A DNA stretch of 64,000 nucleotides from Antedon mediterranea (Eukaryota; Animalia; Echinodermata): positions 27,106,070 to 27,170,069 of the forward strand of contig NC_092671.1 in the NCBI RefSeq assembly GCF_964355755.1, written 5' to 3'. The notes under the pieces were generated by a model that worked only from the letters and a program-made list of their open reading frames with translations, was not told where the DNA came from and did no database searches. This document shows, piece after piece, positions 23,431-35,121 of the stretch. Position 1 is the first letter of the stretch, and each line of letters begins with the position of its first letter. Position numbers and translations under genes: made by a program.

Positions 23431-25945
23431 GTGTAGTCCTCCCCCTTTTGTCCTTTTCATCCTTAACTATCCGCATTCTTGCACTTGCTTTCTCTATTTT
23501 GGAGGAAAATCCCCTGTAAAATTTCTTGACTTTTGCAGAAGTGAACACAACTACATAAAGTAAAAATATTGGCGAATTGGGCTTTTGTCAATGCGTAATT
23601 TGTATAATATTTTAATCATTTTTGACTATTATTTCGAGATGTAATAATTTACATTGGAGAAATAGGTAAATTAGTTGTATTTTCATCGTTTGAGTATTGT
23701 AGGTGTATTCATAACTTAGAATAAGGCTCTAAAAAATTAGGTTTACTTTTATTTGTTTAGGACAGAAACAAATTTCCTTTCAGAAACCAGTTCATGTCTG
23801 TGAACTTTTCTATAAAAATAAATCATTATCTAGCATGTGTGTGATTATAGTCATAAATGTCAACTCAAGTCTTCATTAAAAGATGAGTACTGTTAAAAAA
23901 AAAAACAATAGAAGCAAAACAAGTTATAGTTATGGAATGGTTGGAATTTTCCAATAGAATAAAAAAGCAATTTTATTATTTTCACCTTTTTGGCTATTGT
24001 CTGACAACTTTTAACACTCATGCCACTCATAAACACTTTACGTTTGCTGCTTTAAAAGTTTACCGTTTGTTTAAGGGTATAGAATTATTTCCATAGCGAG
24101 ACATCGACTGGCTTACAGAATACAGCCTTTTTTGTTGTTAATGTTTTTAATTATTATGCCAATAATCCTTTACTGTCATCTTGTCATGTGTATGCACGCA
24201 ACATGCAGACAATCCATTGACTCTCTAAAAGGTTAAGTAAAGGTCTTATATTGTTTCCCTGGCTTAAAGTAATCGATTTCATATTGTACTAGAAAATTAA
24301 TTTTCTTAAAACCTTTTACAGGAACCAGATTTATTAATTTTTCGTATGCATCCAACAGCAAACTAACTGTTCAATTACAGGAGTTGCATTTATAAACTAA
24401 AGTTTGCTTCTTACTTGACCGCTATATAAGGATGGTGCCATTAGGCCAATGGTACATCAATATTGTTGTTTGGTCAACTCACTCATTGTGTCTTCATCCT
24501 TGTGTTGCATCTAGTCAGAAAAAAGCTTGTTTCATTTGAACCCTGGCACTTGGTCAGGATTGATAGCTAGTAATAGACATAAACTTAGTTAATATCACAT
24601 TTAGTTTGTTTTAATAGTGCCTCAGAATGTTGCCAGTATTATATTGTTATTTAGAATTAAATGAATTAGCAGCTGTTTTTCCCCCAAACTTTTGTTGAAG
24701 ATAGAACTTTTACCTAGGTGATGTTTTCATTTTAATATTTCTTAGAACTATTTAAGTTTATAAAAAAAAGAAACTAATACTACTATGTTTTTAAATTACA
24801 TTACCTAAACATAACATAGCATATACATATTCATTTTCTGTTTCTTAAATTAAGATACAACATTATTTTTCTAATCTAACTGTGTCTTGATGTTCAATCT
24901 TGATTAAATTTTGAATTTGAATTGATTGTTTTACATAAAACAAATTATAAGCACACGACAAGATTACTTTCATGTTCACAAAATTAGTACATGGATTCAA
25001 TGCTATATTTGATGGCGGTGATATCATACAGGTATTAAGGAGCTATAAAGTTGCGACGACCAACGATCTAACTAGGTCAGGGAAATCGATGTCGCATCAG
25101 TCATTGTCTGGACCTAGAAACCATCAAAACTGTCAAGGTGGGGAGCTAGTAAACATGTCCAAATATTGTACGTACAATACAATAAAGTAACATTATGTAT
25201 TTCGGTTGTCGAAAATCAAAAGTTCCATTTTAGCATTGTTATGATATCTATTCTGTACATTCTCCTGTTTTTAAACGTGCTCTGCCTTGTAGTCTGATGG
25301 TGTGTCGTGGAAATCCAAGGTCACTTTTAACAATTATACAACTATTCTGAATTAACCGGGGGCCGGTTTTGACACACAATAATCGCATCAAAATGTAATG
25401 CATTATAAAAATACAAGCTGTGCAAAAACTACAGTTATAGTTTTACAGTAGAGTCTGTCACGGTTAAATATCCCCATTTGGACACTGGATAAGGGCCACT
25501 TATTCAAAATTCACAAGAGAAATAAGATAAAATTTCCTATTGCTCGATTACCAATAGGTGACAAATCCATGCACACAGAACAAATATACACACAAAATAC
25601 TTTATAAACAAAGTCTTAGAAACTTTAGAGTACTCCTGACATCTTACCAAGCATCTTTACAACCAATACAACACAGATCAAGTTTGTTTACACTTGCATG
25701 CAATAGGATCTCACTGTCCAAAGCTTTCCAAAATGTCCAATCCACTGATGATAGAAGTTAATAAATAAAGTTTATTATACTTTATTGTAGAAGTTCAAAA
25801 TAAAACCAAAGGAATGATGTAAATTACGATTTTAATCTATCCCACAGTTTAACAAGTTGCCTACAGTTGGCGTTTTTGCAATGTGCGTTTTTAACAGTAT
25901 TTTCTACAGTATTTTAACATCATGGCCTATTAGTAGTATTTTTAA

Positions 25946-27287
25946 CACGTTCACTGCCACGGCGTATTTATACGTCAACAATTGCGTGTCGCTACTTGCC
26001 AAGACGTAATACTACGTCAAAATCGTAGCACTTTTGTATTGTATGTAGAATCACTGGCAGTGGTGATTGGAACAGGAATTATCGCATGGCAGTTTATGAA
26101 TGATGTACGTAAATGATAATCTAAAAATAAATGTCATATGTTTGTTTGTGTTTATTCCCTCATGCATTGAATATGGTTGATACGATGGCGCCCTCACACT
26201 CAATATAATCATCTCAAACATGTCATAAATTGCGCTAATAGTAAATAAAAATAATAAAGGATGAAATGATTCAGTGTGGTTTACTGTTTTTATCTCTCGA
26301 TGATAGGGTGGGTCGGAGGATGGGGGTCAGATATTGACCCCAGCTTGTGACGTCATTGGAAATAAATACTATAATTACGCTATAATAATAATAATCATTT
26401 TTTATTTTAAAATAACACAAAATGGCATGTAATACACAGCCGGTCATTTCTCATCTCTTTGGATTACCGGTACACATTTTATTTACTCGTGATATGCTTT
26501 GAAGCAGTTGACTACACAGAGGGAGGGTCTTTGAGGGCAGACAGGACAGTAGTAGCGTGTTTCTTTTCTAACCTGTGCATTTGCGCAGACAACGCATCTT
26601 TTGGCACGATTGGCTTTCTTTTCCGAAGCTGGCAGCACATCAAGGTAATGAAATGCAGCAGCACCACGGCGAGCAGCAGCTACTGGAAATGCATTCCTTC
26701 CGCGCCCGACTGCTCGTCCGCGCCCTCCTCTCATTCTTGGGCCACGCCCGCGGGGTACAGGTCTACCACGCATCACCACTGCTGGGCCTACGTCTGTGTC
26801 ATCCGAAGAAGTGATACTATGATCACTATCTGCATAATCACTACTCATGTCATCTTCACTATATTCATCAATTGATCGCATATCAGAATCTGTATCTACA
26901 TCATCTTCATCGTCTGCCATAAGTATAGCTATAGCTTGGTCAGCACTAATGTTTCCCGCCATTGTGAACAGCAATGTGGGCAGTGATGTACCGCATGCAC
27001 GTGGACAATGACGTATGAGCGTGGACAATGACGTATATGAACAGTTTGACCGATTTTAGCGCGGAAAATCCCCGACGTATATTTACGTTCCTGGCAAAGT
27101 CAATAAAATTGTTGGACCATTGCCAGTGACGTATTTATACGTCTCAACGGTTTTTCCCGCCATCGTATTTTGAATGACATCATGATAGTCTGTGACCAGA
27201 TGTTACACTTTCAAACTGTAATTTAATATGTAAACGGGACTTGGCACTGGGACAGAAATGACGGAAAATGCCTTGGCAGTCAATGTG
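25946..27287 (-). mobile_element. piggyBac-superfamily internal-deletion derivative
   Basis: TTAA TSD (25942-45 and 27288-91), TIR CACGTTCACTGCCA / CACATTGACTGCCA, subterminal GACGTA..TACGTC palindromes, and a transposase-derived ORF. Confidence 0.88.
26483..26962 (-). CDS. Putative 159-aa mini-protein: piggyBac transposase acidic N-terminus + RG-rich linker + C-terminal Cys-rich domain, no DDD core
   Basis: ATG at 26962 in ACAATGG context. MAGNISADQAIAILMADDEDD.. is followed by RGRG repeats and H..KRCVVC..RKETRYYCPVC..PSLCVVNCFKAYH. Minus-strand AATAAA near 26400. Expression is not shown. Confidence 0.6.
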   Translation of the reverse strand: MAGNISADQAIAILMADDEDDVDTDSDMRSIDEYSEDDMSSDYADSDHSITSSDDTDVGPAVVMRGRPVPRGRGPRMRGGRGRAVGRGRNAFPVAAARRGAAAFHYLDVLPASEKKANRAKRCVVCANAQVRKETRYYCPVCPQRPSLCVVNCFKAYHE

Positions 27288-28512
27288 TTAAATATATCGC
27301 TTAGTGTCCTTTTCAGATGTTTGAGCATTTTGCAATCCATTTGATCTATGAACAGAGTTGCCACCTTTATCCCTGGCAATTTACCTAATTGAGAATAATG
27401 TAATAATACAATTTTTGAAGAACTTTTTAATGTACAAACACTTTTACAGTACAAATAGTATTTTTTTTTTGTTATTCTTCTTTCAAATACATGATGTTGT
27501 TTAATATCGGGTTGATTTCTTATTACCTAGAATTGGTTAGTACATGTGTAGAACAAATTACTACATTGCTGACAATACTTTACAAAATAGGTCAACCAAT
27601 TAGATGCAGATATGACAAATGATAGTTTACTTGCATTGACTATGCATGATTGTACAATGCAAACATTTGAGTGGGAATTACTTGAATTCAAATGCGTTAT
27701 GCGAGGCAGTAACGTTAGTGAAGAATTTACACATGAGTGGTATGTCAAAGCGTATGCACACGCAAATTTAATGTACCCGAACTTAATAATATGAAACATA
27801 TGTATAATACATTACAATTAACCAGTGAAATATAGATGTCATCTTAATTTTGACATTTATATTCCCATGATATATCTTTCCTGATGATGAAGTTATGGAG
27901 AAATATGAGATTGTTTGAACTTTGAGAAACTATATTCAGTGAAAAGTTGTGGACATATAATAATAATTTATAGTAAGGATAAAGTTAGTTTCAGAAAATA
28001 TTGCACATTTATATCGGAGTTGCTGTAGGTCATTTATTGTCCGCCCGTTTCCCATAATTCAAATATTAGGTTGCCAAAATAATCACGTTAAATAAAAAAT
28101 GTACAACATTTGATAAAAAAACTGGTCCAACATTGCTTCACCCCTAGTGGGGGATTGAACAATTTGCTTGAGTCCATCAGAGCATAAAGGTCCAACATTA
28201 GTTCTATTAAAGTCTCCTATTAACATGATTGTGGCTTATGGGTCCTAATATAGTCAATGCCCATTGTGAGGCGTTCTATCAGCATCTCTCGTTGGTTGTT
28301 TTCAGCGATATATACCCCGGCGAGAGCAATGTATGGCGTTGCTCTGGGGAACTTTGAATGTCTTACAGTATCAAAAGCCAAACTACTTCTAACTCAGGCC
28401 GTACAGTTATTTCATCAATAACTTCGGCATTAGGTTGATCCTTGACAAATATTAAAACACCACCGCCTTTTTTATGTTGCACTTATTAAATGCTAAGAAT
28501 AAGTTATATAAC

Positions 28513-29689
28513 TAGGTATCCCAATGTAAAATTTCAAATTAATGATGGTACTTTTTCTTTCAGTTAATCAAAAGGAACTTACTGAACATAAACTTTTGCA
28601 ATTTAAATGATTAAAATCGGATTATCCATTCAAAAGTTATCGTCGTTGAAGGTGCCAAAAATGAATGAAAAATGGCATTTTTTCTAATTATAATTGGAAC
28701 CATTTTTGAAGGGTTATAACTTTTATATTAATAACTTGAAAGTTCTAATTTTTGCTAAACCCATAGATACCACAGAGTTGTACAAGACTATTTTTTTTTT
28801 GGGGGGGGTCCTTGAAATTTTTTTTTGAGATATTGACCTCCAAAATTTGTCTTAGGGCTTTTTGCTCTCATTTTTTCCAAATGTCTCAAAAATGCCCAAA
28901 AAGTTCCTGTCTTTAAATGATCTGTAACTTTTGAACCAGTGTATGAATAGACTTCTTTTTTTTTTGCATTGCATAGAATGTAATACAGTATGTATTTTAG
29001 TAAGATTATTTATATTGCAAATTGCCTGACCGACGGTAATTTAGTAATAAGCTGAGAACTGAACCACCCTGCAAGGAAAATGGTCAATACTTTTATTTTC
29101 AATAGGGATTATTTTTTTAAGTGGTTGGTCTTGTTGGCCTCTTTGCACGACGACCACGCAAAGACAAATAAAACAATGTAGTTTGTCAAACAGAAATATA
29201 AATTAGCTTCAATTCAATACTAAATTCCCCAGATTTTGATAATGAGAAAGACTAACAATTTAATTTTTATCGGAAAAATTGACATTTGAGGCGGATGTAC
29301 CTAATAATAATAACCGATTTACATATCAAAATAAAGAGTATTTAAAGCCTGATAACATGCAACAAACATTACTCCACCACCTATTATGGTCGCCGAGCGA
29401 TCGTGTTTTGAAAATTGGTAGGTTTTTTCCGAAGTTATTTTTAGCGCACGGATTTCGGCTCGTCGGCTTTTGTACCTCCTTTTTAACTCGCGTTTTCTAT
29501 TAAAATATTTAATAAACATAGATTAAAAATATATATAAATAAACTCTTAAACAAGATCTTTCTAGACATTTTATTCACATGGCTACATAAGAAATAGTAT
29601 ACTTTTAACTTCAAAGACATGTCACTTTTTGAAATTTCACGAACATGTTAAAATCGCCTTAACGAAAATCCGCTTCATTGGGATACCTA
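28513..29689. mobile_element. Non-autonomous DNA transposon, superfamily unresolved
   Basis: 14-bp TIR TAGGTATCCCAATG with flanking direct repeat ATATAAC (7 bp, up to 9 depending on how the ends are defined). Confidence 0.75.
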
Positions 29690-30019
29690 ATATAACTCAT
29701 TGCATTCGTGTAAAGGATATTTGGTAGAAATGCTGGACTACTTTTCCTAGGTTGACCATTATCTTGATTTATGTTTTAAGTTATATGAACAAGTGTTCTG
29801 TTGCATGTTTTTAGGCTTACTAAATAAAGATCTACTATTACCTTTTCTAATCGTTATTCGTGTAGTTATGGATCTACGTAACTTTCTTCCACCACGTTTT
29901 TTTCTTGGTTTACTTCTATGTTTTCTTTTGAAGTAGCTTGGCTTTTCACGCACACAAACACACACTTGTATAGCATTCCCATGCTTTGTTGATATGCAAA
30001 TTAGGTGACGCTCCCGTTG

Positions 30020-30775
30020 ACGCTACCTTTTGCTGCGTAGAGTGATTCAAATTCAAAAACGAAAATTACACCAAAAAACAGCAAAAAGAATTAAAATCAA
30101 AAACATTACACAAGCGAAGACAACACTGGAAACAGGAGCGAAGACGAGATAACATCAAAAATGGTTTTTAAAAATGTCAAAAGAAGAAAAACAAGCAAAT
30201 TTAACAAACAAAATTTCAAGACGACAGCAGTGTGACCAACGCCTTTTTGACTCTTCAGACCTTACAAAAATAAATTAGGCCTAGATGATGAGCGTAAACT
30301 AAAATGGGAGTTTTTTGTGGTGTTTTAATTATTTGATACTGGGAAGCTACGGCAGGGTCATGATTGCCAAATGTATTTTCAGGTTTTCAATGTTAAAGAA
30401 CAGTAAGAATAGCGTCAGTGATCGATCTTTTCATAAATTAAATCAATTAATCAGATAATTGTCTGTGTAATAATTATGTTTAAAATTATTTTGAATTATA
30501 ATGCAATTCTGCAAGTAGTAAGAACAAATCAGTATATTTGAAGGTGACATTATATAAATAAATAAAGACCAACAAAAAAACAACTTTATGATGTAAACTT
30601 TCATGCATTGTCATGGATGTATACATAGTTCTATCTGAGACCTGATCAAAATGTTTTAAACGCAAGGCATTGGAATGCTGATCTTTGTTTCTGAACACCT
30701 TGGCTGTTATTGCCACGTATTATTGTATGCCTTTTGTAGATAACGCTACCTTAACGCAGTAAGTCTGAACAACCC
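30020..30775. mobile_element. PIF/Harbinger-like MITE related to 37880-38555 (left end unclear)
   Basis: Ends AGTCTGAACAACCC followed by TTA. 30370-30700 is the reverse complement of ~37975-38290. Confidence 0.6.
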
Positions 30776-33700
30776 TTATATTATATATTATTCTTGGGGA
30801 TAGGGGTCCTTAAATTTGTTTTCTGTCTATTGTAAAGTTTTCTATCAGCATGGTTGACCACCTAGTTCTCTGTTGATAAGTTTAAACATAGGTTGGTATT
30901 TTACAGTTTAAATACAAGCAACCCATATCATTCCTTGGTTACTAAATCAGATGTAAACAAGACATTTATCAGGACACCACACGTTTTCATCTTGGCAGGG
31001 TAAAAGGTCTCTACTCCATATGTCATGGTTGCAATGATGCATTGATTAGAAAACTTTGAATTACATGCACTGCTGACATTGCATATAGCCTCATCCATTA
31101 TATGAACTCCTTTGTGGCATCTTACCAGTGTTAATACAGTATTTTAAAATAATAATTTAAATACACAAAACACTACAGTATGTTGTACTTGATAAATGAT
31201 TTGGGACACTGTTTCTCGGTCAATTATATTTCTTTTTGTCATGTTCGTACCACATGTATTAGTATTTATACAAAGAGTTTTTATATACGGTAGATTGGCT
31301 AGAGGGCGAACTATATTATATCACAGTTTAAAAGGTGATTCTTCATGGTGTTGAGAACCATCTACAGTATGGTATTATATGAACTTTATCCCTAATTGCA
31401 ACACTTTAAAGATCCTTTCAGACCAAAATTGAAACATAGCCTTTCATAGCCTCTTTTGCATAAAAATACAGAAGCAGTAACTGTGACCTACTATGGCCTA
31501 AAAAAATGGATTCTTTACAAAATTAAAGCAACAGAAAAGTGATGTAACGAAAAAAACACTGTTTTCTAAACATTTTTTCCTTCCTTTTTTTGCAATGTTT
31601 TCATATTTTTTTCTTCAATTCCTCAGTTTTAATTAAACATACCTATACTGCTAAGCAAATCTGAGTGAAACTGCATTCAATAGTTATTAAAATAATATTT
31701 TTCAACCAGGCCTACTTCTGTTGGTTAAAGACACCTTCCCCACAATTTGTGATGTTTTGTAAAAATAATACATTATATTACTTTAAAAACATTAAACCAG
31801 GTCATTCCTTGTCTTAAATGTACGTTTTATGGTAAATTATGATAAAGAGTGAGAAACAATGCACTACCTAAGTAGCTCGCGGCGAATGACCTCTCGTGGA
31901 CGGTCTTTAGGTCTAGCCTAGGTAGGCTTAGTTTTGTAGGCCTAGCTGGTAAACATCGATAACGTACGAACATCGTACGCTAGCTATATACCTAGCCTGA
32001 CATTGTATAGTTGCTGCATTAAGTGTCTTTCTATTTTTGCCAGACTCCGTTTGATACAAATTGTGGAAAACCAGGTATTTTCGCTGAAAAGTCTTCCAAT
32101 TGTTTTGGCCTCACGATCGATCGAAAAATTGGTGAATTACAGAAGAAAAAAAAATATCAATCCGCACGCAATGCATTTTTGGGATTTATAGCGCGCTATA
32201 AATATTAGAATCGACTTATTTTTCACATTTTTAACAATTTAAAGACGAAAAAAGTTATTGCAATATTATTATTTTTACATTAAATATAGTTTGTGATATT
32301 AAATTAGATCTAAAAAACATAGGGACCATATATTTATTTGGAAGTTGGCATCTGAAAAATACTTAAAATATGTAGTGCATGACATGACAATTGTCAATAA
32401 ACAAATCCTAATCCTTCACCCCCAAAAAGCCTATAGATTCATTCTTATTATTTTTACCATTCTACTTCTTACAGAATAGCATTTTGAAAGAAGGTGTTAT
32501 CCTAAGTGCCTTCATAAAGTTTATCAAAGAAGGGCCTGTCTAAATAAAATAGAAGTTAAATCCATTTTTTCAATGAATGGCATTTTCTTTCCTTTTTGAA
32601 ATGGCTCCTCACAAAAAACTACAAAAGGAAGAGATTTAAATTCCAATGGATCAATTTTTATTGCAAGCCAGTCACAGTCCCTATTTGATGTTACCTCAGA
32701 AGGTCAGTGAACTGTTTGAACAACTCTCTGTGGACAATAATGATGCATTGCACAACTTCAGTTACCAACAAATTTGAAACTGGTCTTTTAATTAATTATT
32801 CTGCCATAATGCAGTTGTTCATTTAAAACAAACTACCAAAATAGGTTTTTAAAAATCCTGTTTTGTCGGTTTTTTTTTTATAGAAACCGGCCATTTCGAT
32901 GCATGAATTAGCCTCAATACACTTGATATTTGATATCCAATTTAATTGTTTTTGGATACTGAATAAAAAATAACTATTATAGAAATAATCGATGAAAGTA
33001 AAATAATCGTATTTTAATATTAATACTGGTTACGTCTTTGATAGTAATTTGATCGATTGACCGAATCAACTTTAATAACGCCTCGGGTGAACTGGAGCCT
33101 TGGGAAATGTACCATAGTGATATCTATGAAGTAATTAGAGTGACTATAAATAAAAGAACAATTATATTGTATTATCATATCATATAATAGTGTCATTAAA
33201 CCAAATCAAAATACAGCTCCCTTCTAATTAACCCTCTGGGTCATTCCGTGTCAAATCAACCAATGGTGTATAGGTCACTTCACGAATCTGGATGACATTT
33301 TTTTAGGGTACCTCAATATATAGTATAGCAAAGTTTTTGCATTTTAATTTACGTTTTTTATTTGGATTTATGCAATTTTTAAATTAAAATATAAAGTATT
33401 AATACCTAATGAACATTTATTCGACTGGTTCAATAAATTGGGGTTTTTAGTAGAAATTAAATAGAGAAGTACACATATTTTGAGGCCATTATAAGGTGGG
33501 ATTGACCATAGATACCAATTTACAGCTTTGTATCTAATTAGAGACCAAAGGCCACAGTTTGGATGGACCAAACCTGATTACATTATCCTCACTTTTCTGG
33601 GAGCAAGATAACCATTCTAACGTTTAATTTAAAGACCACTTTGCTAATGAAAATTTCAAAAGTACATAAAAGCTTGGCAATCTAATCAGGGAGTTCAACT

Positions 33701-34241
33701 CCCTGATCTAATCTTATTCTGATTTGAGTTTAATACTTTTAACTTCTTTTACTTCACAATCAAAGCAAATGGTACATCAAGATAAGAACTTTTCATAACA
33801 AATGTTACTTTGCACAGTGAACTAGATTTACACATAAAACTTTCATCTCTCCTAAGGTCCCTTAACTCCACCTCATCTTCCAAATGATGTACCAGGTTCT
33901 TCAAAGGCCCTGTTTCTGCTGCCAAGAAAATACCGTATTTTATACGGTATTTTTTGAATACCGTATTTATACCGTATTTTTTTGCCAGAAGAACCTGCGC
34001 TCATAAAAAAAATACCGTATTTTGTATACCGTATTTTCCCCACAAAATTTGTGGATAAAATACAGTATTACAAATTTATACCATATTTTTTGTACCCTTT
34101 TCTGCTGCCAATAAAAAATACCGTTTTTTTTTTTATCAGCGACATGAGGTCGTGTTTTTATTTTCTGTCGCTGTCAGCTGTTTTACACAGGTGTACAGTC
34201 ACAGTATTTACTATATAAATCTGTGTGGGGAAGGAGGGGGG

Positions 34242-34450
34242 TGGGGAAGCTAACATTTCCGGCCAACTAAAAGGTAATAAAAGGGACAACCACATTTATA
34301 AAAAAATAAAGCAGGAGTACTGAATAGACTTCTCTCCAAAGCAAGTAAATTCAAAGCTGAAGAGCCTGCAAAAGCAGTACAACATTGCTAAAGACAATAG
34401 GCCCCTAATTCGGGGAGGGAAAGAATTACTTGTCCCCATTACGATGTTTT
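34242..34450 (+). pseudogene. Decayed Harbinger Myb/SANT (trihelix/MSANTD-type) DNA-binding protein fragment
   Basis: EANISGQLKGNKRDNHIYKKIKQEY*IDFSPKQVNSKLKSLQKQYNIAKDN, then a frameshift to SGRERITCPHYD. Confidence 0.7.
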
Positions 34451-34694
34451 CTGTGCTCTCAACATCTCTATCACTAGGGTTAGGCTGTTGAAAGTGAGAC
34501 ATAAAACTTCCTTTATTGCGACTTTTCATTACCGACCAAATAAATGAATGGCAATTTTGGTAAAAAGGATGAAATTTAACAGGACCACCCAAGAAGTATT
34601 GTTAGCAGAAATGGGGTACTGAAAAATACGGTATAAAAACAATATCACATGGACACAAGAACCAATCAAGTTTTTAGGAATATACGTAGGCTAT

Positions 34695-35121
34695 AGGTAT
34701 GTAATGGTTCTGAGACATCTCGTAGAATTATAGAAGAAAGAATAATTGTAAAGCTTGGCACTCTTGCCCCTACCGGCATAAATGTACAATTTAGATCTTT
34801 TAAACATTAATTTTGCCAGAGACATTCACATATTAACAATTATTTACACTTAAAGCTTTTGTCTTTGTTTTAAATTTCCTGCTTTATAAGCAACCTTTTT
34901 TGCTTTGTACCCCATAGCTTTTGGAGGCGTGCCTTTATAACTACGCCTTTTGTTTAACATCTTTGATTGGCTGATTTGTTTTATTATGTAATTTTGTGAC
35001 TTATATATGTTATTGATGATGGGCTATGCCCGAAACATGTCGCAAAAATAAATCTATATTGAGGCAGTTTTAACTTATTTGATCTTGATTTTTTTCTATA
35101 TCCTGCCTATGCAGCTCTTTG
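34695..35121 (+). mobile_element. Penelope-like element 3' fragment (GIY-YIG C-terminus + pLTR)
   Basis: SETSRRIIEERIIVKLGTLAPTGINVQF..stop at 34810, a hammerhead-like core downstream, and a flanking imperfect 15-bp duplication ATATACGTAGGCTAT / ATTTATATAGGCTAT. Confidence 0.75.
35013..35045 (+). ncRNA. Degenerate minimal type I hammerhead ribozyme
   Basis: TTGATGA-T-GGGC-TAT-GCCC-GAAA-CAT-GTC: core boxes (C3 changed to U), stem II, palindromic stem III ACATGT and a GUC cleavage triplet. Position is typical of Penelope pLTRs. Confidence 0.6.

Noticed and set aside
26459-26875. Plus-strand 138-aa and 79-aa ORFs
   Set aside because: Antisense shadows of the GC-rich piggyBac-derived ORF.
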